Assembly (NCBI GenBank): GCA_963755915.1
Contig: CAVWLP010000002.1
Span: 1,024,001 to 1,088,000, forward strand
DNA length: 64,000 nt
Direction of reading: 5' to 3'
DNA from: an uncultured Phycisphaerales bacterium
GTDB lineage: Bacteria > Planctomycetota > Phycisphaerae > Tepidisphaerales > Tepidisphaeraceae
Part shown: positions 1-10,166 of the stretch, piece by piece
Layout of the letters: each line of letters begins with the position of its first letter
How positions within the stretch are numbered: position 1 is the first letter of the stretch
Made by a program: the position numbers and the translations under genes
Notes under the pieces: model-generated
What the model saw: the letters and a program-made list of their open reading frames with translations, nothing else
The model's database searches: none
What the model was told of the DNA's origin: nothing

Positions 1-783
1 ATCGGAATTTTCTGGCTCGGATGGTTTCTCCTGCTCCAGTTGCCCACGGCACACATCGTCACCCAGGAGGCCGGCTATTCCGAGCGATACGCCGCCCTGG
101 CGATCCTCGCCCTCCCCGCCCTGGCGGGAATGCTTCTCTCCGCAGCCAACGGCGCGAGGCTGCGGCGCGCCGCCGGAATTGCCGCCTGCACGTGGATCGC
201 CATCGAGGCGTGCGTCACTTTCTATCGCGGTGCCTATTACACTGACGATGCGTCGTTTTCCATCCAGTGGCGAAACACCAATCCCGACGCCGCCGGCCCG
301 CATGACGGGCTGGGTCGTGTCGCCCAGCAGCGCTTGCAGTGGGAGACGGCGATCCAGGAATATCAGGCGGCTCTTTCGATCGAACCCAATGATTCAACCG
401 CGCGAAACAATCTCGCCAATGTCTACTCCATCACCGGAGATTTCGCAGGCGCCACGCAGCAATATGAATGGCTCCTGAACCACAACAGCGTCGGCGCCGA
501 CCCCGTGGCCGTGATGACCAATTACGCCCAGCTCCTCGCCCAGCAGGCCTTCGACCGGCACGACGCCGCGATGCGCGACAAAGCCCACGGCCTGCTCAAC
601 GCGGCCCTGCAGCTTCGCCCCGATTATGCCCAGGCGCATCTGATTCTGGGCGAATGGAACCTGGCCTTCGGCTCACGCGAAGCCGCGATCCGGCAATTGC
701 AAATTGCCCTGGAATTGAGGCCGGGATGGAAAGAAGCCGAAAGATTGCTGCGGGCGGCGGAGCAGTCAGACAGCTCAAAATAG
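1..783 (+). CDS. TPR-repeat membrane protein (TMTC-like C-terminal part), 5' end outside window
   Basis: Frame 1 is open from position 1. Hydrophobic segments with an ERY motif are followed by TPR helices (AIQEYQAALSIEPNDSTARNNLANVY; ALQLRPDYAQAHLILG). Confidence 0.7.
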   Translation: MGIFWLGWFLLLQLPTAHIVTQEAGYSERYAALAILALPALAGMLLSAANGARLRRAAGIAACTWIAIEACVTFYRGAYYTDDASFSIQWRNTNPDAAGPHDGLGRVAQQRLQWETAIQEYQAALSIEPNDSTARNNLANVYSITGDFAGATQQYEWLLNHNSVGADPVAVMTNYAQLLAQQAFDRHDAAMRDKAHGLLNAALQLRPDYAQAHLILGEWNLAFGSREAAIRQLQIALELRPGWKEAERLLRAAEQSDSSK

Positions 784-799
784 CGACTCCAGCCAAACA

Positions 800-915
800 C
801 CCCAAGGCAGCCCCGGACGTCACCGGGGCAGCCGTGTGCTCGCGCAGCGGAACCGCGTGTTATATACGAGTGACTGCCTCTTCTCGTCACTAAAACCGTA
901 ACCGAAAATACGCTT
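800..915 (+). repeat. Interspersed ~110-bp repeat family A, copy 1 (empty IS110 target)
   Basis: Near-identical to 33520-33632 and to the split copy 28304-28362 + 29838-29888 (ACGTCACC-GGG..GCCGTGTG-N4-CGCAGCGGAACCGCGTGTT...CTTCTCGTCAC-AAAACCGTAACCGAAAATAC). Confidence 0.9.
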
Positions 916-1017
916 TCTTCTCTTTCGGCCCCGAATAACGCCGTTCCCTAAATCCAGATGGTCGGTCACACCCACAGCCTGCGAGCGCGACAAGAGAGAG
1001 TAATACCTGCGGCTTCC

Positions 1018-2367
1018 CTACCGCGTATTACTCCCCATCGGCACCACCACATTCTTCGTCCCCCGCTTAATCGTCACCGGAACCGTGCTTTCCGGAATGC
1101 ATCGCGCCGCAAACTCATCGTAATATTTATTGATGAACGTCCGCGTCACCCACGCCGTCCCGTCCGCCAGGCCGCAGATCGTCGTGCCCGGCATGAGGCC
1201 CTGGGTCTTTTCAAGTTCCATCAGCATATCCAGGTCTTTAACCCGCCCGTAACCATCGACGATCCGGTCGAGGATTTTTCGCATCCACGTGCTCCCTTCC
1301 CGGCACGGGGTGCACTGGCCGCATGATTCGTGGGCATAAAACCGGACGCAGTTGCGCAGCGCCCGCACCATGTCGGTCTGCTCGTTCATGACGATCATCC
1401 CAGCGGTGCCCAGCCCCAGGCACCCGCCGCGAAAGCGCACGTCGTCGAAATCGAGCTTGATGTCGAGTTGCTCCGGCCCAAGCACCCCCATCGAGATTCC
1501 CCCGCAAATCGAGCCTTTGTGCTTGCCCCCCTTCATTCCGCCGGCCAACTTGTTGATGGCATAGTCGAGCGTGATCCCGAGTTCATCTTCGTAAACCCCC
1601 GGCCGATTAACGTGACCCGACATCCCATAAAGCTTCGGCCCCGGGCTCGACGGTGTCCCCATCGATTTAAACCACCCCGGCCCCCGCTCGATGATCGGCG
1701 GAACGCAGCAGAGCGTCTCGACGTTGTTGATCACCGTCGGCCGCGCAAATGCACCCGCAATCGCCGGAAACGGCGGCTTATTCCGCGGCCACCCGCGCTT
1801 CCCCTCCAAAGCTTCCAAAAGCCCCGTCTCTTCCCCGCAGATGTACGCCCCCGCGCTGGCATGCACGTAACACTCAAGCTTGTATTTGCTCCCAAAAATT
1901 CCGTTCTTCCCGAAAATCCCGTGCGCGTAGGCTTCTTTGAGCGCCTGCTCCGCCACCTTGATCTCACGATGAAATTCCGCCCGGACGTAGATGTAAGCCA
2001 CGTCCACCTGCGTGGCGATCGAAGCAATCGCGATCCCTTCCAGCAAACTGTGCGGATCGTAATCCATCAGATAGCGATCCTTGAACGTCCCCGGCTCCGA
2101 CTCATCCGCATTTACGGTCAGATAATGCGGCCCCTTCTTTTCCTTGGGGATGAACGACCACTTCTGCCCCGCCGAGAACCCCGCCCCACCGCGCCCGCGC
2201 AGGCCCGATTCCGTGACCGTCTTGATGATGTCGTCCGGCTTCATATCCAGCGCCTTGCGCAGCGCCAAATAGCCCCCCGTCGCGACATAATCGTCATACC
2301 AGTGCAGCTTGCGCTTAAAAGGGTCGGGATCGATGCGCTTGATCAGAACGGGTTCGTTGTAAGCCAT
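1018..2367 (-). CDS. nuoF: NADH-quinone oxidoreductase subunit F
   Basis: GLRGRGGAGF, NADESEPGTFKD, YICGEETGL, ESCGQCTPCREG motifs. Confidence 0.97.
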   Translation of the reverse strand: MAYNEPVLIKRIDPDPFKRKLHWYDDYVATGGYLALRKALDMKPDDIIKTVTESGLRGRGGAGFSAGQKWSFIPKEKKGPHYLTVNADESEPGTFKDRYLMDYDPHSLLEGIAIASIATQVDVAYIYVRAEFHREIKVAEQALKEAYAHGIFGKNGIFGSKYKLECYVHASAGAYICGEETGLLEALEGKRGWPRNKPPFPAIAGAFARPTVINNVETLCCVPPIIERGPGWFKSMGTPSSPGPKLYGMSGHVNRPGVYEDELGITLDYAINKLAGGMKGGKHKGSICGGISMGVLGPEQLDIKLDFDDVRFRGGCLGLGTAGMIVMNEQTDMVRALRNCVRFYAHESCGQCTPCREGSTWMRKILDRIVDGYGRVKDLDMLMELEKTQGLMPGTTICGLADGTAWVTRTFINKYYDEFAARCIPESTVPVTIKRGTKNVVVPMGSNTR

Positions 2368-2378
2368 AAATACTCTCT

Positions 2379-2756
2379 TTAACTGCCCGTAAATACCGTC
2401 TTTTCATCCACTAGACAAATCGGATTGCCGAACGGGTCCTTCGCGTAGAACGAGCGTTCCCCCCACGGCCGGCGTTCGATTTTCGCCTCCAGCCACTGGC
2501 ACCCCGCCTTTCCCGCTCGCTGATAAGCCCCCTCCAAATCCGAAATTGCGAAATAAACATGATCCGGATTGGGCTTGGCACTATTCGTATCCCCATCAGC
2601 TTTAGGATCGTAACATGCCAGGATCGTCCCCCCGCAGTCAAAATAATGCCGACCCGGCGAGACCCGCTTGCCTGCTATCCCCAGGAGCCGCGAATAAAAT
2701 CGCTCCGCCTCGGCGATATCGGAAACCGGCAAAATGACGCGATAAAGCCGCACCAT
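2379..2756 (-). CDS. VOC/glyoxalase family protein
   Basis: VSDIAEAERFYSRLLG and PWGERSFYAKDPFGN motifs. Confidence 0.9.
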   Translation of the reverse strand: MVRLYRVILPVSDIAEAERFYSRLLGIAGKRVSPGRHYFDCGGTILACYDPKADGDTNSAKPNPDHVYFAISDLEGAYQRAGKAGCQWLEAKIERRPWGERSFYAKDPFGNPICLVDEKTVFTGS

Positions 2757-2758
2757 CG

Positions 2759-3001
2759 TTAAGACTTATTCCTGGGCGATTTCCCTTTCCGCTCCACCAC
2801 AACTTCGTCGATCACCGTCCGGCGAAGCTTCACCTTGGGATCCTGCGGCAGCGGCTTCTCTTCGACTTTTTTATCCCGATAGACCGTCGTCGGCCCTCCC
2901 ACATCCGTTTTGATCGCCTTCCGCACATGCCCCACCTGTCGGCCCAGCCACCCGAGCACCCCTTTTCCAGGCTTCGGATTCTCGCGGTTTGGTTGCGTCA
3001 T
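2759..3001 (-). CDS. Small hypothetical protein
   Basis: Tightly packed ORF (MTQPNREN...) in the nuo transcription direction; its start overlaps the upstream stop. Confidence 0.55.
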   Translation of the reverse strand: MTQPNRENPKPGKGVLGWLGRQVGHVRKAIKTDVGGPTTVYRDKKVEEKPLPQDPKVKLRRTVIDEVVVERKGKSPRNKS

Positions 3002-3231
3002 GACGCCCCGTCCGGTTTCAGATCGATCCCAAACTCCTTTTTCACCTGCGAGAGTGCATCCTGCAATGTTCCATGCCACGTATCACCCACAAACCCCCCC
3101 GCATCGTCGAACCGATACAAAACCCAGTTGTCGAGCTGCGGTTCGATCACGATCCGATAAACCATCCCCGGCATCGGCCGGGTCCCCGACCCGCGCACGA
3201 ACCAAGATTCATCGCCGCATGCGGCAGGCAA
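2998..3231 (-). CDS. Small hypothetical protein
   Basis: Protein-like ORF (LYRFDDAGGFVGDTWHGTLQDALSQVKKEFG) whose stop overlaps the next start. Start uncertain. Confidence 0.55.
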   Translation of the reverse strand: MPAACGDESWFVRGSGTRPMPGMVYRIVIEPQLDNWVLYRFDDAGGFVGDTWHGTLQDALSQVKKEFGIDLKPDGAS

Positions 3232-3285
3232 TCGTTGCCGGCAGGCATCGGGCGAGGCAGATTATGGGAAATCTTCCCAGCCATC

Positions 3286-3861
3286 TTATTCCACCGATTG
3301 CGGCAATTGCGAAGTCATTCGCTGCCCCTCTGGATCATAGGTCTCAATGAAACGCTTGATGTCGCCTGTCGTTCGCTCGCTGTGGCCAAATCCCTGAATG
3401 GCATCCAGTGCCTGGTCCTTAGAGAGCTTCAGCACGCTCAGTTCGTAGGCCGCCACCATCATCCCGGTTCTCCTTACGCCCTGCGCACAGTGTACCAGCA
3501 CCGGCTGCCGCGCCGGATCGTTGGCGATCGCCAGAAACTGGCTGATTTGATCATCCCCCGGCCAACCCCCCAGCGGCACCGGAATCCGAACCACGTCAAT
3601 TCCATGCGACTTACAGTACGCCAGCTCATCCGTAAACGGCTCGTGCCCGATCTCCTGCCCGTCCACCAGCGAAACAATCGTCTTCACGTGCGTCTTCTGC
3701 ATCGCCAAATCAAACTGGTGCATGGTCCGAACCCCATCCCGATAAAGCACTCCCTCCCGAACCGTCCCCAGGTGATAGGTATCAAACCAGTTCCAATAAA
3801 TCCACCACCCCAGCGCCGCCAGTATCACCACCGCAAGAATTATCGGACCAATCGCTTTCAT
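3286..3861 (-). CDS. Dual-specificity/tyrosine phosphatase family protein with N-terminal TM helix
   Basis: PVLVHCAQGVRRTG (CX5R) catalytic loop. Confidence 0.9.
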   Translation of the reverse strand: MKAIGPIILAVVILAALGWWIYWNWFDTYHLGTVREGVLYRDGVRTMHQFDLAMQKTHVKTIVSLVDGQEIGHEPFTDELAYCKSHGIDVVRIPVPLGGWPGDDQISQFLAIANDPARQPVLVHCAQGVRRTGMMVAAYELSVLKLSKDQALDAIQGFGHSERTTGDIKRFIETYDPEGQRMTSQLPQSVE

Positions 3862-3868
3862 GGATTTT

Positions 3869-3908
3869 CCCCCGCCCCCGGTATTCCGGGGGAGGGTTGG
3901 GGAGGGGG
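3869..3908 (+). repeat. REP-like palindrome family B (CCC.CCC.GGTA.TCCGGGGGAGGG..GGGG.GGGGG)
   Basis: Similar copies at 22332-22371, 23532-23611, 25247-26678 (interrupted) and 32987-33024. Confidence 0.8.
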
Positions 3909-3933
3909 CAGTACCGCAGGCAACGGTAATTTC

Positions 3934-4344
3934 CTACTGAAGATCATATTCCTTGTTCTTCCCGCTGACGTCGTGCAGATCGATAAACCCCGAGTTCCCA
4001 TCCACGCTCACCGCCGCGCTGCACATCCCCTTGGGGGTCATCTCCGACACCAGGACATTGGCCGAATCCTTATCCGCCATGAGACGGATCACGGTTGGAC
4101 AGGTGGAAGACGAAAGCGTTATAGCCGCCTTGTCATTCATGCACGAAGCCGTGATAAACGCCCCACCCGCCCGGCTGCGAATCGAGATCGACTGCGCCGA
4201 GATATGCCCAAACTGCCCGTCCGGCAGAGCCGCAGGCTGCGCCGCCGCTCCAGTGAACGCAGCCGCAATCAGCAGCAAACATCCCAATTTCCACCGGCGG
4301 CACGACCGCTCCAGCCGCTCCACGCGCTGTTCTAACGTGTCCAT
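3934..4344 (-). CDS. Hypothetical exported/membrane-anchored protein
   Basis: MDTLEQRVERLERSCRRWK followed by a hydrophobic segment; GGAG RBS upstream. Confidence 0.7.
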   Translation of the reverse strand: MDTLEQRVERLERSCRRWKLGCLLLIAAAFTGAAAQPAALPDGQFGHISAQSISIRSRAGGAFITASCMNDKAAITLSSSTCPTVIRLMADKDSANVLVSEMTPKGMCSAAVSVDGNSGFIDLHDVSGKNKEYDLQ

Positions 4345-4385
4345 AGGTTTTTCCCCAATGTGAAAGGTCAGCACTCACCAGGCTT

Positions 4386-4967
4386 TTAATGCCCGTCGCC
4401 TGTCTCCCACGTGACCGTGGGATCATGATAATCCGCCGCCTTCTGCGGCAGCTTGGCGATCAATTGATCGACGCGCTCGACAGTCAGATTTTCATGCAGC
4501 ACATCATTTACCAGCATCACCGGCGCCGTCCCGCACGCCCCGAGACATTCCAGCTCCACCAGCGTAAATCGCCCATCGGCGGTCGTCTCCCCCTCCTCGA
4601 CATTCAGCGTCTTCATCAGGTTATCCGTGATCTTCCGCGAATCGCAGATTTCACACGAAAGCGACCGGCAAACCTGGAGCAGGTACTGCCCCTTCGGCCG
4701 CAGCCAGTATTCCTCGTAAAACGAAGCGGTGTCCAGCACCTCGGCCGGCGACATTTCCAGAAACGCCGCGAGCTCCTCCATCGCCTGCGCCGGAATCCAA
4801 TTGTATTCATGCTGAATCGCATGCAGCGCCGGCAGCAGCACCGCCCGCTTGTTGGGATAACGCGGAAAATACTTCGCCGCGAGCTTCTGCTTCAGCTCCT
4901 CAGTGAGATAGGGCTCAGCGCGACGCTCGATGGTTTCGGTTCGACGGTTTTCGGAGATCCAGGCCAT
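4386..4967 (-). CDS. nuoE: NADH-quinone oxidoreductase subunit E (2Fe-2S)
   Basis: VCRSLSCEIC and ELECLGACGTAPV motifs. Confidence 0.96.
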   Translation of the reverse strand: MAWISENRRTETIERRAEPYLTEELKQKLAAKYFPRYPNKRAVLLPALHAIQHEYNWIPAQAMEELAAFLEMSPAEVLDTASFYEEYWLRPKGQYLLQVCRSLSCEICDSRKITDNLMKTLNVEEGETTADGRFTLVELECLGACGTAPVMLVNDVLHENLTVERVDQLIAKLPQKAADYHDPTVTWETGDGH

Positions 4968-4999
4968 AGTGCAATTTATGTGCTAAGCCAGCAGCTAAT

Positions 5000-5233
5000 T
5001 CAAGTCTTTCGAGTTGGCATACGCCGGCGATCGCGCCGGCCACGCAATTTTTTCATTTCTTCCACCGTCATCAGATTCCTGAACGTGCCGAGCAACGCCC
5101 GGGCTCTTTGTATGTCATGTTGGCGGATGAATGAACGCAGCGCGAACAATACAGCCTCTTGTTTTGTCGCTGAGCGCGAATGTTTCACCGTTTGACGGAG
5201 CAGATCGGCGGGAATATCAAGCACTATCTTCAT
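5000..5233 (-). CDS. VapB-like antitoxin (DUF2191-like), no adjacent toxin
   Basis: MKIVLDIPADLLRQTVKHSRSATKQEAVLFALRSFIR resembles the RHH-type VapB pattern. Confidence 0.65.
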   Translation of the reverse strand: MKIVLDIPADLLRQTVKHSRSATKQEAVLFALRSFIRQHDIQRARALLGTFRNLMTVEEMKKLRGRRDRRRMPTRKT

Positions 5234-5249
5234 CTAACCTGGATCCGAT

Positions 5250-6524
5250 CTATCGATCCAATTCCGCCGCGATCACATTAATGCTCCCCAGCACCGCCAC
5301 CACATCCGAAATCATGTGCCCCTCGATCAGCTTCGGAAACACTTGGTAGTTGATAAAGCTCGGCGGCCGCGTGCGCACCCGCCAGGGAATATTTTCGCCC
5401 GCGGACACAATGTAATAGCCCAGCTCCCCGTTGCCGCTCTCGATGCAGCCATAAACCTCTCCCTTGGGCGCCACGAACCCGCGGTTCGTCATGATCAGTT
5501 CAAAATGCTGAATCAGCCCCTCAATGCTGCTGAAAACCTGGTCCTTCGGCGGAAGAACGTCCTTCCCTTCCGGACTCACGTTCACGTGACCCGGCGGAAT
5601 GTTGTCGATGAGCTGGCGAATAATCGCCATGCTCTGTTTCAACTCTTCCAGCCGAACGAGATATCGCGCATAAACATCCCCTGTCGTCATGACCGGCACT
5701 TTGAAATCCACCGCCGGCGCCCCCTGCCCATCCCAATTGTCTACAAAGCAAAGATACGGCTCATCCTTCCGGATATCCCGCCGAACCCCGCTGGCCCGCG
5801 CCATCGGCCCCGAGAGACTCCACGCAATCGCTTCCTCCCGGCTGATGATCCCCACGCCTTTCGTCCGGTCGATGAAAATCCGATTCTTATTCAGCAGCGC
5901 TTCCACATCCGCCGCCGCCTGTGGCATGTCCTCATCGACGAACTTCCTGACCATCTTCCTGAAAGTCGCCTCGTCCGGCAGATCCATGTTGAGCCCCCCC
6001 ACCCGCGTCCAGCTCGTGTGGAACCGCTGCCCCGACATATATTCAACGATGTCGTAAATCGTCTCACGCTGATTGAACCCGTAAAGGAACGCGGTGAACG
6101 CCCCAAGATCCAGCCCGGCCGCCCCGATGCACAAAAGATGCGACTGAATCCGCCCCAGCTCCCCCGCCAGCGTACGCAAAACCTTGCATCGCGGCGTCAG
6201 CTCGATCCCCATCAGCTTTTCAATCGCCCCATGCCAGGCAAGCTCGTTGTAAATCGGAGCCGAGTAATCCATCCGGTCGACGATGGTGACATACTGATTG
6301 TAATTAAGATGTTCCCCAAGCTTTTCAAAACCGCTGTGCAGATACCCGATATGCGGCGTGGCTCGGAGGATGCGCTCGCCGTCCAATTCCAGGACCAGGC
6401 GAAGGGTCGTATGCGTCGCCGGATGCTGCGGGCCGAAATTCAGCGTCCATCGGTTCTCACCAGAGGCTCCGCCCAAGTCTGGCGGCAAGTTATCGATATT
6501 CGGTTGGGTAAGCGTATAAGGCAT
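5250..6524 (-). CDS. nuoD: NADH-quinone oxidoreductase subunit D
   Basis: LNFGPQHPATHTTLRL, IGYLHSGFEK, DRMDY motifs; C-terminal ELDR. Confidence 0.97.
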   Translation of the reverse strand: MPYTLTQPNIDNLPPDLGGASGENRWTLNFGPQHPATHTTLRLVLELDGERILRATPHIGYLHSGFEKLGEHLNYNQYVTIVDRMDYSAPIYNELAWHGAIEKLMGIELTPRCKVLRTLAGELGRIQSHLLCIGAAGLDLGAFTAFLYGFNQRETIYDIVEYMSGQRFHTSWTRVGGLNMDLPDEATFRKMVRKFVDEDMPQAAADVEALLNKNRIFIDRTKGVGIISREEAIAWSLSGPMARASGVRRDIRKDEPYLCFVDNWDGQGAPAVDFKVPVMTTGDVYARYLVRLEELKQSMAIIRQLIDNIPPGHVNVSPEGKDVLPPKDQVFSSIEGLIQHFELIMTNRGFVAPKGEVYGCIESGNGELGYYIVSAGENIPWRVRTRPPSFINYQVFPKLIEGHMISDVVAVLGSINVIAAELDR

Positions 6525-6662
6525 AAGCCGGGGGATTATAGCCGTACCCATCCAACGCACCAGCAGCAAGCAAACTAGCGTCTGCTAACATATTTAACGC
6601 AATCTTGCTATCGCGAGCCTTTGCAGTCGTGCTGGGCGACTGATAGACTTTCTCCCGCACAT

Positions 6663-6678
6663 TGTTCCACGTGGAACG
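6663..6678. promoter_or_regulatory. parS: parS site
   Basis: TGTTCCACGTGGAACG, 15/16 match to TGTTCCACGTGGAACA, just upstream of parB. Confidence 0.9.
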
Positions 6679-6713
6679 TCGAACCCGCAACCAAGAGGAA
6701 AGGAGTCCTAGCC

Positions 6714-7634
6714 ATGTCCCAGGCAGTCAAGACCAAGCCCCGGTTGGGGCGGGGGTTGAGCAGTTTGATCTCCGTTTCAAGTCTCCCGGTCGAAGCCGAA
6801 ATCAGCAGCCATTCTGTTGAGGCCCCGAGTCGCGGTACCCCTGTTTCAGATGGGACCCCCCTTCTTGTCCCCGTCGATTCGATCCGCCCCAATCCGCATC
6901 AACCCCGAAAGACATTCAATGAAGCGAGCCTTTCCGAGCTGGCGGCCAGCCTGAAAACCTCGGGAATCATCCAACCCCTGGTCGTCCGAAAGACCACCGA
7001 CGGCTACGAGCTGATCGCCGGCCAGCGCCGCTGGCAAGCCGCGAAAAGGGCGGGTCTTACCGAAGTCCCCGTCATCCTCCGCGACGTAGACAGCTACACG
7101 CAAGCCCAGATGGCCCTGGTGGAAAACATCCAGCGCGAGGATCTGAACCCCATCGAACGCGCCCAGGGATACCGAGCCCTGATGGAACAGCTTGGCCTGA
7201 CCCAAGCCGAGCTGGCCACCCGCATGGGCGAAGACCGCAGCAGCATTGCCAATTTCCTCCGCCTTCTCGAACTCCCCGAATCGGTGCGAGCCCTGGTTCG
7301 CGACGGAAAGCTCTCCCTCGGCCACGCCAAGATCATCGCCGGGATCAGCGACATCATCGAGCAGCAGCGCCTCGCCGAAATGGTCGTCGCCCAGGAACTC
7401 TCGGTCCGGAACCTTGAGCGCGTCATCCAGGACCGCCCCGCTGCCACCCCTGAACGAAAAACTCCCGGCCTCTCGGCCCATTTGGCCGACCTGGAGAAAT
7501 CAATCTCCGGCCAGCTTGGCATGCGTGTCCAAGTCCGCTCCGGCCCCAAAGGCCGCGGCCGCCTGGTCATCCACTACAGCACCCTCGACCAATTCGATGA
7601 CCTCCTTCTGAAACTCGGCGTCAAAGCCGACTAA
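6714..7634 (+). CDS. parB: Chromosome partitioning protein ParB/Spo0J
   Basis: LGRGLSSL, PNPHQPRKTF, IAGQRRWQA, ALVENIQREDLNPIE motifs; AAGGAG RBS. Confidence 0.97.
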   Translation: MSQAVKTKPRLGRGLSSLISVSSLPVEAEISSHSVEAPSRGTPVSDGTPLLVPVDSIRPNPHQPRKTFNEASLSELAASLKTSGIIQPLVVRKTTDGYELIAGQRRWQAAKRAGLTEVPVILRDVDSYTQAQMALVENIQREDLNPIERAQGYRALMEQLGLTQAELATRMGEDRSSIANFLRLLELPESVRALVRDGKLSLGHAKIIAGISDIIEQQRLAEMVVAQELSVRNLERVIQDRPAATPERKTPGLSAHLADLEKSISGQLGMRVQVRSGPKGRGRLVIHYSTLDQFDDLLLKLGVKAD

Positions 7635-7661
7635 GCCCCGCCGCTCTCTACGACGGAATTC

Positions 7662-7826
7662 TCACCGCCCGCTTCGCGAGGGATCGCTGAGAAGAACAAG
7701 AAGAAGCGAGAAACCGCGGATTACACAGATGACGCGGATAGGACCAATTCTTTATTATCCGCGCAATCCGCGGTTCTCTTTTTCTGCTCAGCGCTCTCTG
7801 CGATCTCCAGCGAAGCGGGCGGTGAA
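7662..7826. repeat. Large nested inverted repeat downstream of parB
   Basis: TCACCGCCCGCTTCGC...GCGAAGCGGGCGGTGA encloses AACCGCGGATT...AATCCGCGGTT. Confidence 0.75.
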
Positions 7827-7829
7827 CTG

Positions 7830-7845
7830 AGTTCCACGTGGAACA
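7830..7845. promoter_or_regulatory. parS: parS site
   Basis: AGTTCCACGTGGAACA, 15/16 match to consensus. Confidence 0.9.
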
Positions 7846-7867
7846 GCGAAGTGTTTAATATTCATAA

Positions 7868-8916
<1,049 letters not shown>

Positions 8917-8970
8917 GGGGGTCATCTCCGATCTCGAAACCCGCAATCATCGTTAACCATTCCCTCTCCC

Positions 8971-8997
8971 GTTTAGCCGCGACCCGCAGGGGAGCGC
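8971..8997 (+). repeat. REP-like family C (GTTTAGCCGCGACCCG(C/A)AGGGGAGCGC)
   Basis: Seven + strand copies, at 8971, 15337, 34820, 37308, 38005, 41497 and 61453, all downstream of stop codons. Confidence 0.9.
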
Positions 8998-9086
8998 TTT
9001 CCCCTCCGAACCCGCCCCTTCCGCAAATATCCCACGAGGTTTTTATGGGTCGACGCCCCCGGCGAGGTGGCGTATGTTAAGGCTCC

Positions 9087-9941
9087 ATGTCGGTTTGTCG
9101 CCGAATTCCGATCTGCTTCTTAACCCTCCTCTTGGGCCTCGCCCCGATATCCCACGCCCAGGCCACCCGCTCCGACCCGCCCGACGAGGTAATGGCCCAG
9201 GTCACCCGCAAGGGCCCGCTGCTCCTGCATCTGCCCGGAATCGGCGGCCCACGATGGTGCGATGAGCACCTGATGTCCGGCCTCCGCTTCGGCGGCGTCT
9301 TCGCCAACCAGGTCATCTACGACTGGACCGAAAGCCAGCCCGGAATTCACGCCCTCCAGGCCTACGAGCAAAACCATGACGAGGCCGCAAAGGTCGCCGA
9401 GATGCTCGCCGCCCACGCCTCCGCCGATCCCGATTCAACGATTTACCTCACCGCCCACAGCGGCGGCTGCGCCATCGCCGTCTGGGCCCTGGAAAAATTG
9501 CCCGACAATGTAAAAGTCCACACGGTCCTGCTCCTTGCTCCCGCTCTTTCCCCCGATTACGACCTCACCCCCGCCCTGCGCCACGTCAGCGACAAAATGA
9601 TCGTCTTCACCAGCACGCTGGACACGGTCGTTCTTTTCACCGGCACGAAACTCTTCGGCACCATGGACGGCCAGCACGTCCCCGCCGCCGGCTTCAGCGG
9701 GTTTGTCCAGCCCCCGGGCACCGACTCCGCCGAATATCGCAAGCTGCACCAATATCCCTATCGATATTCGTGGGAACAGTTTGGCGATTACGGAGAACAC
9801 ATCGGCGCTGACAGCGCCGCTCTTCGCCCAGTGGGTCATCGCCCCGCTGATCCTCGACCGCAACACCCCCGCAACGCAGCCTGCGGGGAGGTAAAGGCGA
9901 CCGCCTGCCGCGTCAGGGCAGAGGGGCGGTCGACGGGTTAA
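9087..9941 (+). CDS. Secreted alpha/beta-hydrolase; C-terminus possibly frameshifted near 9815
   Basis: Signal peptide, HLPGIGG and LTAHSGG nucleophile elbow. Confidence 0.75.
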   Translation: MSVCRRIPICFLTLLLGLAPISHAQATRSDPPDEVMAQVTRKGPLLLHLPGIGGPRWCDEHLMSGLRFGGVFANQVIYDWTESQPGIHALQAYEQNHDEAAKVAEMLAAHASADPDSTIYLTAHSGGCAIAVWALEKLPDNVKVHTVLLLAPALSPDYDLTPALRHVSDKMIVFTSTLDTVVLFTGTKLFGTMDGQHVPAAGFSGFVQPPGTDSAEYRKLHQYPYRYSWEQFGDYGEHIGADSAALRPVGHRPADPRPQHPRNAACGEVKATACRVRAEGRSTG

Positions 9942-10091
9942 CAATTCCCCACTTTTCCCCAAATTTCCCCAAAAATTCGCGAATGTTTGTACCCATTTAA
10001 AGCGAGACGCAGGAGAAGCTTTATGCCTCTATAAACAGGTCCAAAAGGTGTACGTTTAGTACCTATTTTCAAAAATCCGGGAATTTTTCAG

Positions 10092-10123
10092 GTGCGATTA
10101 ATGAGAATGCAAAGAATCTGACA
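10092..10123 (+). repeat. 32-bp direct repeat, copy 1
   Basis: GTGCGATTAATGAGAATGCAAAGAATCTGACA versus 11889-11920 (30/32 identical). Confidence 0.85.
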
Positions 10124-10166
10124 GGGAGCCCCTCCGGAACTATGCACTTGATAAAACTGGCCACAA

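Noticed and set aside
800-915. Integron cassette array
   Set aside because: The repeat copies are far apart beside housekeeping genes, there is no intI, and the attC resemblance is only loose.
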